The position numbers and the translations under genes are program-made. 64,000 bases of DNA from Octopus vulgaris (lineage: Eukaryota): assembly GCA_951406725.2 (NCBI GenBank), contig OX597817.1:72726001-72790000 (forward strand). The letters are read 5' to 3'. The first letter of the stretch is position 1; every line of letters starts with the position of its first letter. The notes beneath the pieces were generated by a model that was given only the letters and a program-made list of their open reading frames with translations, was not told the DNA's origin and searched no databases. Below are positions 14,959 to 27,684 of this stretch, one piece after another.

Positions 14959-15539
14959 ATGTGTATGTATATACATACATACGTACATGTGTTTCCATTA
15001 ATCAAATCCATTCAAAAGTCTTTGACTAACCCACGACTTGGATAGAGAACACCCAAGATGCTATGTGGTGAGACTGAACATAAAACTACATTGTTGGAAA
15101 GCAAGCTTCATATACACAGAGCTACATACATATACGTATGTACATATATGCACACACTCCATAAAGTCGTTAGCAGGAAGGGCATCCACTACACTCTCAG
15201 AATGGTTGGTGTTAGGAAGGTCATCCAGTTGTAGAAACCTTGCCAGATCAGATTGGAGCCTGGTGCAGCTGCTGTGTTTCCAAACCTCAGTCAAACTGTC
15301 CAACCTATGCCAACATGGAAAACAGACGTTAAACGATGATGATGATGACATTGATTGAAATATATTGTTTGTCTCAGATAAAGAGATTTGGTGCAATTCT
15401 TTGATATTCTTTGAATGACACCACTGACAATGTTAGCAGCTAAATTTTCCTGAAGCTGGTGTATTTCTGAAGCACTATAATTCATTCTTTAAATTCTCAC
15501 CTTCTTAGTGTTCTGTATCTGTCTCCACTTATCTCTCTT

Positions 15540-16135
15540 CGTCTCTGTTTATGTCTGTGTCTTTCTATCTATATATAGCTATCTAGCTATGACTGTCCTT
15601 TTGTCAAGTTATTTATTTCTGTCTAGCTATCTATGTCCATTTCTGCCTGTTTTATCTCCATCTGTCTAGCTATCTACATCTGTGTCTGTCAGGTATCTAT
15701 GTTGGGATGTCTCTGTAGCTATGTTAGTCTCTTTGCCTAGGTATCTAACTATATCTTTGTGACAAGCTATCTTTGCCTGCCTATCTGCTTACCTAGCTTT
15801 AGCTGTCTAAATTTGTCTAGCTATCTATGTCTGCTGTCTGGCTATCCATGTCTCTGTCAGGTATTTAGTATAGTGTCTGTTTAGCTGTCTAGATAGCAAT
15901 GTTTGTCTGTCTAACTCTCTGTTTCTCTAGCTACCTACATATGTCTGTCTAACTGTCTGCCTGTCTAGCTCTGTACATCTGTGTATCTATCAAGCTTTTT
16001 ATATCTGTTCATTTAGCTATCATACATCTCTGTAGATATCTAGACAGACATCATAAAACCTAGTCGATAGTTCTGTCTATCTTGCTTTACTTGCCCCTCC
16101 ATCTATCTATGTATGTATCTGTCTGTCTGTCTCTA
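15540..16135. repeat. Degenerate (TCTA/TCTG/GCTA)n low-complexity tract
   Basis: Recurrent tctagctatct and tctgtct motifs. Confidence 0.7.
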
Positions 16136-16866
16136 ATCTCTTTATACCAAACTCTGACCTGTTGGTGGTCTGATCTCTTCAGGGGTTAGAAACAACTGTC
16201 TAACAAAACTGCTGTTAAATCCATATAGTTTCTAACAGCAAGGCTAAATTTTTAATTTTCTTACATTTGTTTTGTTTCTATTACTCCACCATAGCCTCTT
16301 CCCCCACCATTTACATGCACACACACTCATACACATGCCTAGTTAAATTCTTTTTGAATAGGCGCATACATGCATACATCATATAAGTGTGTCAGTTTTT
16401 AAGTATCAGTTTGTCTAAATGTTGCCTTAAGTATGGGATAGTGTGTGTGTGTATGCAAGCATGGAAAAGTATCATTAAGCCAATAATGGTGATGTTGATG
16501 GCATAGCTGTATGGCCAGAAGTTTCCAGGTTCAGTTCCACTGTGTGGCACCTTGGACAAGTGCCAACTACTATAGCTCCAGGTCAACCAAACACTATGAG
16601 TGAATTTCGCTGATAGAAACTGAAAGAAGCTGTTATATATATAATATGTATAATACATATATGTATATATATGTATATATATGATAGATCGCTAGCCACA
16701 ACACATTCTTTATTTTCTGTCTTTGTTTCTTTCTGTGTTCCTTTCTGTGGAAGAGCGTTAGGCTCGATTTTTCACTTCCCGAACGTTAAACTAATACATC
16801 TGTTTGTTGTCTACCCCATCTGTCTTCGTCTTTAATTTTTTTGTGAATTCTCCCTATGTATATGTA

Positions 16867-16919
<53 letters not shown>

Positions 16920-17130
16920 ATGTATGTTTGTGTGTGTATGTATGTATATGTGTGTGTGTGTATGTATGTATATGTGTGTGTGTATGTATGTATATGTGTG
17001 TGTGTGTATGTATGTATGTGTGTGTGTGTGTGTATATATGTATGTATATATATGTGTGTGTGACTGCGTGTGTACCATTGGCGATTTTTTTTCCTCTGTC
17101 TTCCCTTCTCTGGATCTTTCCTTCTCCTAT

Positions 17131-17165
17131 GTTTCTGACGAAGAGCTCCGCTCGAAACGTTGAAC
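17131..17165 (+). ncRNA. Minimal type I hammerhead ribozyme motif in a Penelope-like repeat fragment
   Basis: gttt CTGACGA a gagc-tcc-gctc GAAAC GTT gaac: conserved core, 4-bp stem II, palindromic ACGT stem III. The downstream flank (17188-17260) recurs at 46655-46712. Confidence 0.7.
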
Positions 17166-17289
17166 CCTCCTTCTTTCCTGAGCATCCAATAATACTATAT
17201 TTGTTCCACGTCCTCGCATTGTTGTGTTTTTTTGTGCTTTCTTGTTTGGATTAACGTTATATATATATATATTCTTATACAATATTGTT

Positions 17290-17336
17290 GACAGTGACTT
17301 CGAAGTTTTAGCCAGCTAAGCCATCGTCAGACAGTC
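17290..17336 (-). ncRNA. Degenerate hammerhead ribozyme motif
   Basis: Minus strand gactgt CTGACGA tggcttagctggct aAAAC ttcgaa GTC actgtc. GAAAC is mutated to AAAAC and stem I has one mismatch. Confidence 0.5.
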
Positions 17337-17775
17337 TATATCCTGCAGCCTTATCAAGACATCTTGTTAGATCTCTGAATTTCTCATTCTGTCCCAACAC
17401 ATCTCTACCTCCTACCTTAGCATTTCCTTCAAAATATTCACAGGCCTTTATATCATTATGCATTATAAAAATACTTTGAAAAGGTTTGGTGAGAGAGTTC
17501 TACTTTTTCTGGCGTCTACTCTTTTAAACCACATAATGAATTTTCCACCAAAAAAAATTACCTTATAAAATAAATTTGGTCATCTGGTGTTGTATTTTCT
17601 TATAAGTCAGTGATGTAGGTGTAAAGGTCTGACTAATGCTCCAAGTATTTCACTGCTTAAATATTAACACTTACAAGCACGATCTGTGTACCATAGTTAA
17701 TACTTAATGCAGACACATCACAGAAAGCCAAATTAACTGTACTATTCTTCCTGAAATAACATCTCTTATAAACAT

Positions 17776-18091
17776 TTTTTTTATTTATGCGCCCTTTTCA
17801 AGCCTAGCCAGGCTCATGGGCCCTGTTTCCTGGTTTCTATGGTGTATGTGTTCCCTCTAGCTGGACAGGACGCCAGTCCATTGCAGCATTTCTCAAGAAA
17901 CAGGAAGAAAGATTGAGAGAAAGTTGGGGTGAAAGAGTAGAACAGGGGTCGCCACCACCCCCTGTCAGAGCCTCATGGAGCTTTAGGTGTTTTCACTCAA
18001 TAAACACACACAATGCCTGGTCTGGGAATCGAAACTGTGATCCTCTGATCGCGAGTCCACTGCCCTAACCACTGGGCCATTGCGCCTCCAC
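17776..18091 (-). mobile_element. tRNA-headed SINE with TSD
   Basis: Minus-strand head gtggaggcgcaatggcccagtggttagggcag...gtttcgattccc. TSD cttataaacat at 17765-17775 and 18092-18102. A relative lies at 60909-61165 (+). Confidence 0.8.
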
Positions 18092-18992
18092 CTTATAAAC
18101 ATACAGTATTTAAAAAGGAACACATAAATATATCAGTAGTAAACAAAAATCCAACTGCAGTGGATGCACATTTTTGCCTTTTGGGGGTTTTGTCAGTAGC
18201 AACTGCATGCAAAGACACAATCCATTGTCAGTGACATTGGAAAACTATTGTTGAAATATCACTGATGGTGCAATTAGTTGGCCAGCTCAGTAAAAATTTA
18301 GCTTTCCAAGATGTATATGTAATCAGTATGATACACAGATTGCTATTTTAAACTTCTTCAGTTGCAAATAACCAATTAACATTTACATATTAACTTGAAT
18401 GTTTCTTCTTTCCTGGAAATCAAACTTATTTAACTGAATAACAATGTTTGAATAGGACATTTGGTTCAAGGCTTTTTTTTTTCTATCTTAAAACTAACAG
18501 ATCAGCTCTTATATTGCATTTTATTTACACAAAACCAGTTACGCTAATCTCTAAATTAGGATTAGTATGAAACTGCCAGTAATAGATCTTAGATTTCTAG
18601 TGTCAGGGCCAGCAATTTTAGGGGAAGGGTAAGTCAATTACATTCAACCCTATTGCTCAACTGGTGTGTGTGTGTGTGTCAGAAAAAGCATCCAGCTGTA
18701 GAAAATCTACTGCAGCATATTTTTATTTATTTGTCCATGCCAGCGTGAAAAAATGACTGTAAAAACAAACATATCAATCATTATTATTATTTCATTCTCA
18801 CAATTAAAACATAGAGCATAACTTTGCTTGAGTGTCTAATTAAACCAATTATACCATTAAACTAATTATGCAATTATTTTCACACTTAGCATTTCCTTTC
18901 ATTAGCCATGATATAACAATTTAATCCATTTACTTAACCATTCTATAGTACAGAAAACTCTACAAATTTTACAAAAAATTTTAGTGACACAT

Positions 18993-19460
18993 TCACCTCC
19001 ATGCTTCAACAGTTCTGCAATTTATGTTGTCTATTCTAAGGGATTTATTGCATTCCAGGGGATTGATTGCTTGTGTAACTTCTGAAGTGCATTTTAGCTC
19101 ATGCTGAATATTAAAGGGGCTTTCATTTCTTGATTGTTTTAGCACATTGCTAACTACCCCTGCTTTGTGACTGAATTTCTTCAAAATACTCTCGTCATCT
19201 ATCAGCTACTACCTTTGCTTCATTTAGTAGGTTGCTATATTTATCTTCAGTTTCATATTTAAAGTACTTATTCTTTGCTTTCGCAGATATTTAAGCATTT
19301 TATAATGCTTTTTCTTGAATTATATTTGATCTGGTACAACATCTTTCCATTTCTTCTCCATCTTTTGTCAATCCTTGTATTGCTTGTTGCTCTAATTTCC
19401 TTTTCAATTCCAAATAGCTAATTTGCTCCATTTCTGATGTTTAATTTTCATACTGTTTTT
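18993..19460 (-). mobile_element. Decayed LINE ORF2 fragment (RTE-like)
   Basis: Interrupted translation has (W)REYFEE and SEVTQAINPLECNKSLRIDNI, resembling the EVxxAIxxLKxNKSPGxDNI motif that precedes non-LTR RT domains. Confidence 0.6.
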
Positions 19461-21496
19461 TGTTTCGGATCAGTTATTAAATGTAATCAGTTTCGTTAAC
19501 CACATACATACACCCCACACACACACATACACACACTGTTATGTACACTAATGCATGTGTAAATTTACATGAAAAATATTTTTGTTATGACAGTTACATA
19601 AAACCTATGTAACCTGTGAATGTATGTGTAAACACACACATACTTAGGTACATCATGATAGTTACATCTAAACACTTGATGCATATATTCACATCATACA
19701 TTAATTTGCATTTGCATCCACTTGTTACCCTTGTTCTAGAATATTGAATTTAACTAAGTATTAGAATTATGAAAGAAAAACTATTTCCCAAATGGTGAGT
19801 TGGTTTTAATTCTATATTCTCACTGCACAAACCAAAAGTTTCAGTTCCCACTTGGGAAATTACAATCTTTAAAAAAATGCAGTAGCAAAGATAAAAACAC
19901 AATTTAATAAAGTGCTGAGGCTGTTTACCTGGCAAGCAACAGTGTGTTTCACAAGCTAATGAGGGAGAGTTTGTGGTTGCTCAAAATAGCAGTCAAATCA
20001 CATCCTGCTGTCTTGTTAAATGTTAGGATTTATGAATTAATCATAGCTACAGTACATTTGAATAAAAGGATTGAATAGTTTTGGTTGGAATATCTTCGAA
20101 CTTGGGTCTGGTTGATCAGAGCTGTCAGGGATGGAAAGTAACAGCAACCATAACACAGAACTTTTCTTTCGTTGTTAAAAATAAGAAGCTGTATAAAACT
20201 CTGTGGGAGGGGGGAGTGAGGAACATGGAGGCAATGACCAAGACCTTTGGCATTATGTCCTGCTTGAGAAGAAGACCCATCAAGCTGAGCAAAATAGCAG
20301 TTGTGGCAGATAGCAGTGTCATGCAAATGCCACCCATGCCAGTGGAATGTAAAAGCACCCCAGTGTCACGCAAATGGCACATAAAAGACCCATAATACTT
20401 TCAGAGTGGTTGGCATTAGGTAGGGCATCCAGCTGTAGAAAACCATCCTGGAGCCTGGTGCAGCCTTCCAGCCCAGTCAAACCATCCAACTTATGCCAGC
20501 AGGGACAATAGACGTTAAATGATGATGATGATGATGTACACAAAAACTAATTCATCACTAAAATGTAAAGATGAAAGAAAAAGAGTATGAAGGAAGCTGT
20601 ATTGTGCAAATAAGACATAACTAAAAAGTGAGAAGATACATTGTTAGGGAGAGAATCAGTAAGTGTTAAAGAGAAAGGGCTTTTAGATGCCACTGAAGAA
20701 AAAGGAGAGGAGTACAATGATAAGTACACACTGCAGATGTTATGTTATGTGTTTTGACCACATAGAAAGAGCAGCTGATATATTAGGTGACTGAGGGTCA
20801 AGAGAAGAAAGTGTATCATTTTGTACTTGCTACTTATGTTTTTAGGGTATGAAATAGTTATATTACCATTTTTGACTTACATTCATCATAATCATCATCA
20901 TTTACTGTCCACTTCTCCATGCTTGCATGGGTCAGACAGAATTTGTTGAGTTACATTTTCACAGCTGGATACCCTTTCTGTCACCAAACCTCACCTGTTT
21001 ATGAACAAGGTAATATTTCCTCATGGCCAGATGTGATTTTCATGGCAAACTGGTAACAAACAACATCTCTTGTATGATCAAGACAGGTGCGCACGCACGC
21101 ACATACACACACACACACACACTCCTTTCAGTTTCTGTCTACCATTCACAAGGCTTTGGTCAGCCCAAGGCTTTTGTAGAAAACATTTGCTCAAGGTGGT
21201 GCAGTATGGGGCTGAACCTGAGACTACATGGTTAGGAAGTAAGCTTCTTAACCACACAACCACACCTACACCTACAAGTTGTATTTCAAAAGGATTATAA
21301 GAAAAGCATTGGGAAAAATAAATATTGTTGATCTATTTTTGTCATTAATTTTTGTTACCAACCTGCCTCAGATTGCCTATGTTTCTATGATATAAACTTT
21401 GTTTTAATATGATTCAAATTGAAACTTTCCATCAGAATTTTGCACTAATTTATGTCCCAAACACCGACTTAATAATGACAGTTATTTTAGTAAATT

Positions 21497-21912
21497 TAAG
21501 GCAGCGAGCTGGCAGAAACGTTAGCACGCCGGGCGAAATGCGTAGCCGTATTTCGTCTGCCATTACGTTCTGAGTTCAAATTCCGCCGAGGTCAATTTTG
21601 CCTTTCATAATTTCAGGGTCGATTAAATAAGTACCAGTTACGCACTGGGGTCGATATGATCGACTTAATTTGTATGTCTGTCCTTGTTTGTCCCCTCTGT
21701 GTTTAGCTCCTTGTGGGTAGTAAAGAAAAAGGTATTTCGTCTGCCGTTACAATCTGAGTTCAAATTCCGCCAAGGTCGACTTTGCCTTTCATCCTTTCAG
21801 GGTCGATAAATTAAGTACCAGTTACGCACTGGGGTCAATGTAATCGACTTAATCCGTTTGTCTGTCCTTGTTTGTCCCCTCTGTGTTTAGCCCCTTTGGG
21901 TAGTAAAGAAAT
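21497..21912 (+). mobile_element. SINE family B, partial-dimer copy with TSD
   Basis: ggcagcgagctggcagaa head, B box gagttcaaattcc, body present twice. 17-bp TSD agttattttagtaaatt at 21480-21496 and 21913-21929. Confidence 0.85.
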
Positions 21913-22081
21913 AGTTATTTTAGTAAATTCTTCATTATTTTCAAAAGTACATAAGACAATGACAGTGTATTTCAATAGAAATATAACAAGATTAATCTCA
22001 TAAGTTTTTGAAATGTAACCATTGGTAGTTAAATTTTTTATATTTATTGTTATTTCTGTTTATTTATCTATGGTCCTTTAG

Positions 22082-22261
22082 GATGCTGTAAAAATCATGG
22101 CCAAAGATTTGGTGCGTACGAGGCGATATGTCAAGAAGTTTATCTTAATGAAGGCCAACATTCAAGCTGTCTCACTGAAAATCCAAACACTACGCTCTAA
22201 TAATGCCATGGCCCAAGCAATGAAAGGTGTTACACGAGCTATGCAAACTATGAACAAGCAG
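22082..22261 (+). CDS. CHMP2A: CHMP2A coding exon 2
   Basis: AG acceptor, then DAVKIMAKDLVRTRRYVKKFILMKANIQAVSLKIQTLRSNNAMAQAMKGVTRAMQTMNKQ, then GT donor. 180 nt, phase 0 on both sides. Confidence 0.96.
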
Positions 22262-23283
22262 GTTGGTAAACAGTTTGCTATATTTTGTTTGTTTTTCTTT
22301 TCTTGTTTATAAAGATAAAAATGTCTTACTGGCAGTGACAGCAGCAATGTTGTCATTTAACCATTCAAGTTAGCCATAGTTGAGCAAAACTATGATTGAA
22401 GACTTTCCAGCTGTAAACCATCCTATCTTTTTCAGTGTACTTGTAAGACTGCGTTATTTAGTCTGTCTTCTTTGTCTAAGACAAAGTATGATTTGATGAA
22501 GATTTAGCTACTATTTCAAACAGGCTGAGGCTCTCAGCACCAGTCCATACATATTGCAGTATTTAATTGTTCTGAACTCAAAGACTTTGCCAAAGAACTG
22601 TTAGAGCCTCTAACAAAAGGTCTTGCTGTATTTAGTTACAACTTTTTGAGTTCAAATCAACTTTGCCTTTCATCCTTCTGGAGTCAATAAAACAATATAC
22701 CAGTCAAGTACTGAAATCAATGTTCTCAACTAACCTATTCTCCTCAAAAATTACTGGCCCTGTGCCTAAATGAGAAGCTATTGTCATTGTTGGCAATGAA
22801 GCACCACAGAAACGAAATAATATTACTACTGAATTAATCCAACTTTGTTTGTTTGTTTGTTTGTTGGGGTTTTTTTTTTTTGTTTTATTTTTTTCCAGTC
22901 CACTTTGTATATAATAGAAAATGGTACCTACAAATGAACAGATAACTTCTCTTGAAGAATTTGTTAACATTTGATTTTGATATCAAAATAAATCAGCTAA
23001 ATCTGTGGAAACAAGTGATACAGTCTGTCAGCAAATAGTTTTTTTTTTTTTTTTGTTCCACTGACCATTAGAAATGCAGTAAACCTGTGATTGGCCCTGT
23101 CACTTGTTTCTCCCTCTTTTCCCTCTCTCTCACACACATACATACACATTCACTTATATGCACACATATATGAAAACCAGTGATGAAACTATTAATAGAT
23201 TGCAGGCTGCCAAATTTGAAACTTGAAAACCTGAAACAATCTGGAATATCAAAGTATTAACTTCTAATTTATTTATCTTTCAG

Positions 23284-23411
23284 CTGAAGTTACCTCAGAT
23301 TCAAAAGATCATGATGGAATTTGAGAAACAGTCTGAGATGATGGATATGAAGGAAGAAATGATGAACGATGCCATTGATGATGCAATGGGAGAAGATGAT
23401 GAAGAAGAAAC
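23284..23411 (+). CDS. CHMP2A: CHMP2A coding exon 3
   Basis: tttcag acceptor, LKLPQIQKIMMEFEKQSEMMDMKEEMMNDAIDDAMGEDDEEE plus AC, then gtatgt donor. 128 nt. Confidence 0.95.
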
Positions 23412-23685
23412 GTATGTTGATAAAGCTTTCCTTATTTTATTCTTTCACTGGTTTCAGTCATTGGACTGCAACCATCCAGGAAGACTGCTATCAACTATGT
23501 CACCTCATTGAACTGGGACACTGCTTTGATTCATGGTGAAACAGCACCTAATTAAAGGAGATTGCAAGGGAAGATTCTAGATATAGTATCCAAATCTCCC
23601 TCAGATCAACCATATGTTACTTTGCTCAGGTGTTTTATATTATATATGTGATATATATTTTTGTGTGTAAATATATCTATATCCA

Positions 23686-23686
23686 T

Positions 23687-23730
<44 letters not shown>

Positions 23731-23748
23731 ATATATATATATATATAT

Positions 23749-23795
<47 letters not shown>

Positions 23796-23797
23796 TA
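23686..23797. repeat. Compound self-complementary microsatellite (TATC)n(TA)n(GATA)n
   Basis: Read directly from the sequence. Confidence 0.9.
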
Positions 23798-25287
23798 TGA
23801 ACACACGCATACTTTTTGTTGACTTGACCACGTCATTTGCTCAATAACATGTTTTTATTTCTTCCTCTACTCTAAACATCATATATTATTTATATATGTG
23901 CTTATAGATCTATGCATAGTTCTAAGAAGAAATATTTTCATAATAAATCATATACATTATAAACCATACACATGTATGTTTTATTGTTTCCATAATTAAT
24001 CATACATACATATGCATACATCATGCCATGAGTTGTTAGGTATTTGTAAGTCAAAACATAAAGGCTTCCAAATGAAATGTCTTTAAGAATTGACAAACAA
24101 AATCAAAACACTAACAATTTGACAATGTTGACAAGCAACACCACTGCTGCACATCAAACTGTATATATCAGAGATTCCAATTTTCTCTTTTCTCTCTCCA
24201 TCCAACTTATATTGTCATAAAAACTATCTCTTCTGATCCAAAACATAAAATGCTATGGATGACCTAGGTAGAACATTGACTAATATGTATTTGTAGCCAC
24301 AGGACCATCTTCTGTCGTTTGACCCAAAACTGGTGCCTTTGATAAGTACTACTACCCCCAGCCAGAGCAGACCTGCAAATAATAGTAACTAAGGACTAAC
24401 TCTATTCTCCTGCAAACTTCCAAGCTGTGGCCTTCCTACTGTATGTAGTTTGTCTTCCCCAGGGCAATTCCTTTAGTCACCCAAACCCAAAAGATGTTGA
24501 CAAGTGTCTGTGGGTGCACATACGAGCAGTAGAGTCAGTACATTACACTTCTTTTCTTCCTCACTGTATAAAACTTTTTCCATTGTTTGAAATATTCACA
24601 TACGCATATATACACTAGTGCTAACATTCATATACATGTTTACACACACACATACACGAGTGCATTTAAACATACCCATATATTATATACAAATGAGTGT
24701 TTTTTTCAAACCTGAAACCATACAGTTGTAAAATAATCTTAACTATACAGTCATGCCTTCATCCATACTCATATCTATGTGGATACAAGCATATGTGTAC
24801 AATTACATACATTGTACTTGAAAACAGGTAAGGGTTGATGACAGGAAGAGCATTCAGTTGTAAAACCCTGCCTCACGTAAGTCCTTGTTAAGTATACACA
24901 CAGCTACATACATACAATAATTTATGTTTGAGATTGATGTAACAATAAGCAGGTGTAGATGTAACAGGTATTTCCCACTAATGTTTCATTTCTGCTTCTT
25001 GCCTATTAATTCCTAAGCAATGTTTATCACTGTTGACATTGTCAGATTGAATGCTACTTCCCAGATGTCAAAACCATAATGATATCTGTTAAGCGGCTGA
25101 TGATGAATGTGTACATTTGATGTGTCGCTTGATTGTGAACCTTTTGTATCTTGTGTTCTCATGGTTCTAAGTTGTCCTTCATTGAAATTCTACTTCTCAT
25201 AGGATTAAGTTTGTTTAGGGGTACCTAGTTTATGGAGGTTTTGTTGCATCCACACACATGCGTGCACGCATGCACACACACACACAC

Positions 25288-26597
25288 ACATGGTGTAGTG
25301 AATAAATTGTTATCAAAAAAACGCAGAAATGAAAATAACACTGATGTCTCATTTTAACAGATATGTTTACCAAAATCAAATAAAAATATCTTGAAATACT
25401 AAAGAGTAAATTTATTCAATAAAATCACCATTGGCTTCAACCACAGCCTTCAGACAACTTCAGAATCCCCTGCAACTCTTCTGGATAGTCTGCTTGTTTA
25501 AGCTTGTAAATGCTGCCATAATCCTTGCTTTCAGTTCATCTTTGATGTTACAAGGAGTTTTGTTAGTCTCTCACTTAACTGCACCCCACACATAATAATT
25601 AAGGGGTTTGCAGTCTGGGAAGTTAGGCGGCCAGATGTTAGGGGTGATGTGGTCGCAGAAATTGTCTGACTGTCATAAATGGGTTCTCCTGCTTGTGTGG
25701 CATGGTGCAGAGTCCTGATGTCAGACATAGATTCTTCCAGCAGCCACCTGCTTGACCCAGGGCAGCACTACCTCCTCCAGTCACTTGATGTAGGCCTCCA
25801 TGTTGAGTCTGAGGCCGTGTGGGAAGATGAATGGAGGCATGACATTGCCATCATTCATTACTAATGATCACTCCAAACACTATGATGTTGACTGGATGTT
25901 TGATTCCTATCACTCTCGGTACATGTTTTGGAGACACAGCAAACCTACAGTTCAGTGTGTTCACCATCTGATCCTGGCAGAAATTTTTCTCATCTGAGAA
26001 AAACCAAAGCATGCTCAGTTGGAGGGGATGCTTAAGTTTGTTCAAAAGCTTTGTAGCACGGTCTTTCCTCTTGTCCTTGATGACTTGGGATAAAAATTGG
26101 CCCTTTCTCATTTTGTATGAGGAATACCTAATGTTTTCATGCACTACCTGCCTGATAAGAAACTCAGACACTCCCATGTCCCTGGTGAAGGACCTGATTG
26201 ACTTGGAAGGATCGTTATCAATCATGGCCTGGATCTCACCAACAAATTTAAGAGTTCTTTTCTTATCATAATGATCAGAGTGTGTTTCCGAGCTGCCGTG
26301 CCTTTGTAATCACCATTAGAGTCATCCAACTATTTCCGGATCCTCTACACTGTCCTCAGATTGACAACCAAACAATTGAAATGTTCATATTGGAGCTTCC
26401 ATGATGAATGCTAAGCAGTACAGCATGTTGTTTCCAAATTTCTGACCGAGTGAATTGCATCATGGTGCTGTTTTTCTCACAGATGGTGCCCAACTGACCC
26501 TACTATACTGTGTAGTCAACAAAATCAAAAACAAACAATGTACATGCACAAAATTAAAAGTATATAATAGTGACAATTTACCTATTGCACCCTGAAT
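25288..26597 (-). mobile_element. Decayed Tc1/mariner-superfamily transposon (maT-like), ~1.3 kb, in a CHMP2A intron
   Basis: Fragments DPSKSIRSFTRDMGVSEFLIRQVV, WFFSDEKNF and WPPNFPDCKPLNYYVWG (WPPxSPDLNPxD motif). Degenerate TIRs catggtgtagtgaataaattgt and acaatttacctattgcaccctg. Confidence 0.85.
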
Positions 26598-26655
26598 ATG
26601 TATAATAATTGTGTGTTTGATTTCTGTTGTAACTTTTCATCTGGTTTCTTTTCAG

Positions 26656-26717
26656 TGATGCAATTGTAGCACAAGTTCTTGATGAATTAGGTCTACAGAT
26701 GTCAGAGGAACTATCTG
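26656..26717 (+). CDS. CHMP2A: CHMP2A coding exon 4
   Basis: tttcag acceptor, T plus DAIVAQVLDELGLQMSEELS plus G, then gtaaat donor. 62 nt; phases fit both neighbouring exons. Confidence 0.93.
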
Positions 26718-27684
26718 GTAAATTGTCATCTTTTATTTTAACCATTTTATCTAACATTTATGATTTCCTTACATTATACACTTCTGAGTTGAATGTCTTA
26801 TTATTCATTCATCATTAGCATCATCATCATTTAATGTCCATCTTCCATGCGGGTATGGGTTCGATGGTTTGACTGGAGCCAGTCAGATAGAAGCCTACAT
26901 CAGGTTACTGTGTCTGTTTTGGCATGGTTTTTATGGCCAGATGCCCTTCCTAACAGCAACCACCCCAGAGACTGGACTGAGTGCTTTTTACATGGTACCA
27001 GCACAGGTGAGGGTACCCTTCCAAAAAGCCAACCACTTCATAGTGTGGACTGGATACTTTTTACATAGCACTTGCACCAGCAGGGTCACTCAATAACTTC
27101 CAAAACAAGAAATTTTGTGAGGGGAGAAGGCATTTAAGGAGGTGATCTTGTGTCAGATGATGAAAGATAAAAGTGTGACAGAGAGAGAGAAACAGGTGTC
27201 TTGCTATAGAGGAGATATGTGGTTATCCAGCCAAGGGAGAGGAAGAGAAAGGTAACAAGAAAGGGGACAGAGACAGAGAGTGATCAAGAATGTGGGCAGA
27301 AACAGATGTGCTACTGTAGAGGAGATACATGGTTACCCAGCCAGAGGGAAGAACAAGGGAAAGAGTGAAAATGGGAGAAAGCAATAATGCAAGAAAGTGC
27401 AGGAGAGAGCTGATATGGTGAAGTGCCAGGATATATATTCCTGGTTTTTGGGGGGTTATGTCTACATATGGATACTCATATCATTTATTTAACCTTTTAG
27501 TGTTCAAACCGGTCAAAATTAATTCCCCTTTATTTGTTCAAACCGGCCAAATCCAGCCATATCCAACTGCTCTACGAAATCGTTAAAAAAATAAACAAAT
27601 CACATTATGGAATTCTTGTAGCTTCGATGTTTGAATTCTTTGTATGAATTCTTGTTTGAATTCTTGTAGCTTCGATGTTTACAC

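Noticed and set aside
16804-17254. ORFs rich in C/V/Y/I/H/T (also at ~6.1-6.8, 30 and 33 kb)
   Set aside because: They are translations of (TA)n/(TG)n microsatellites.
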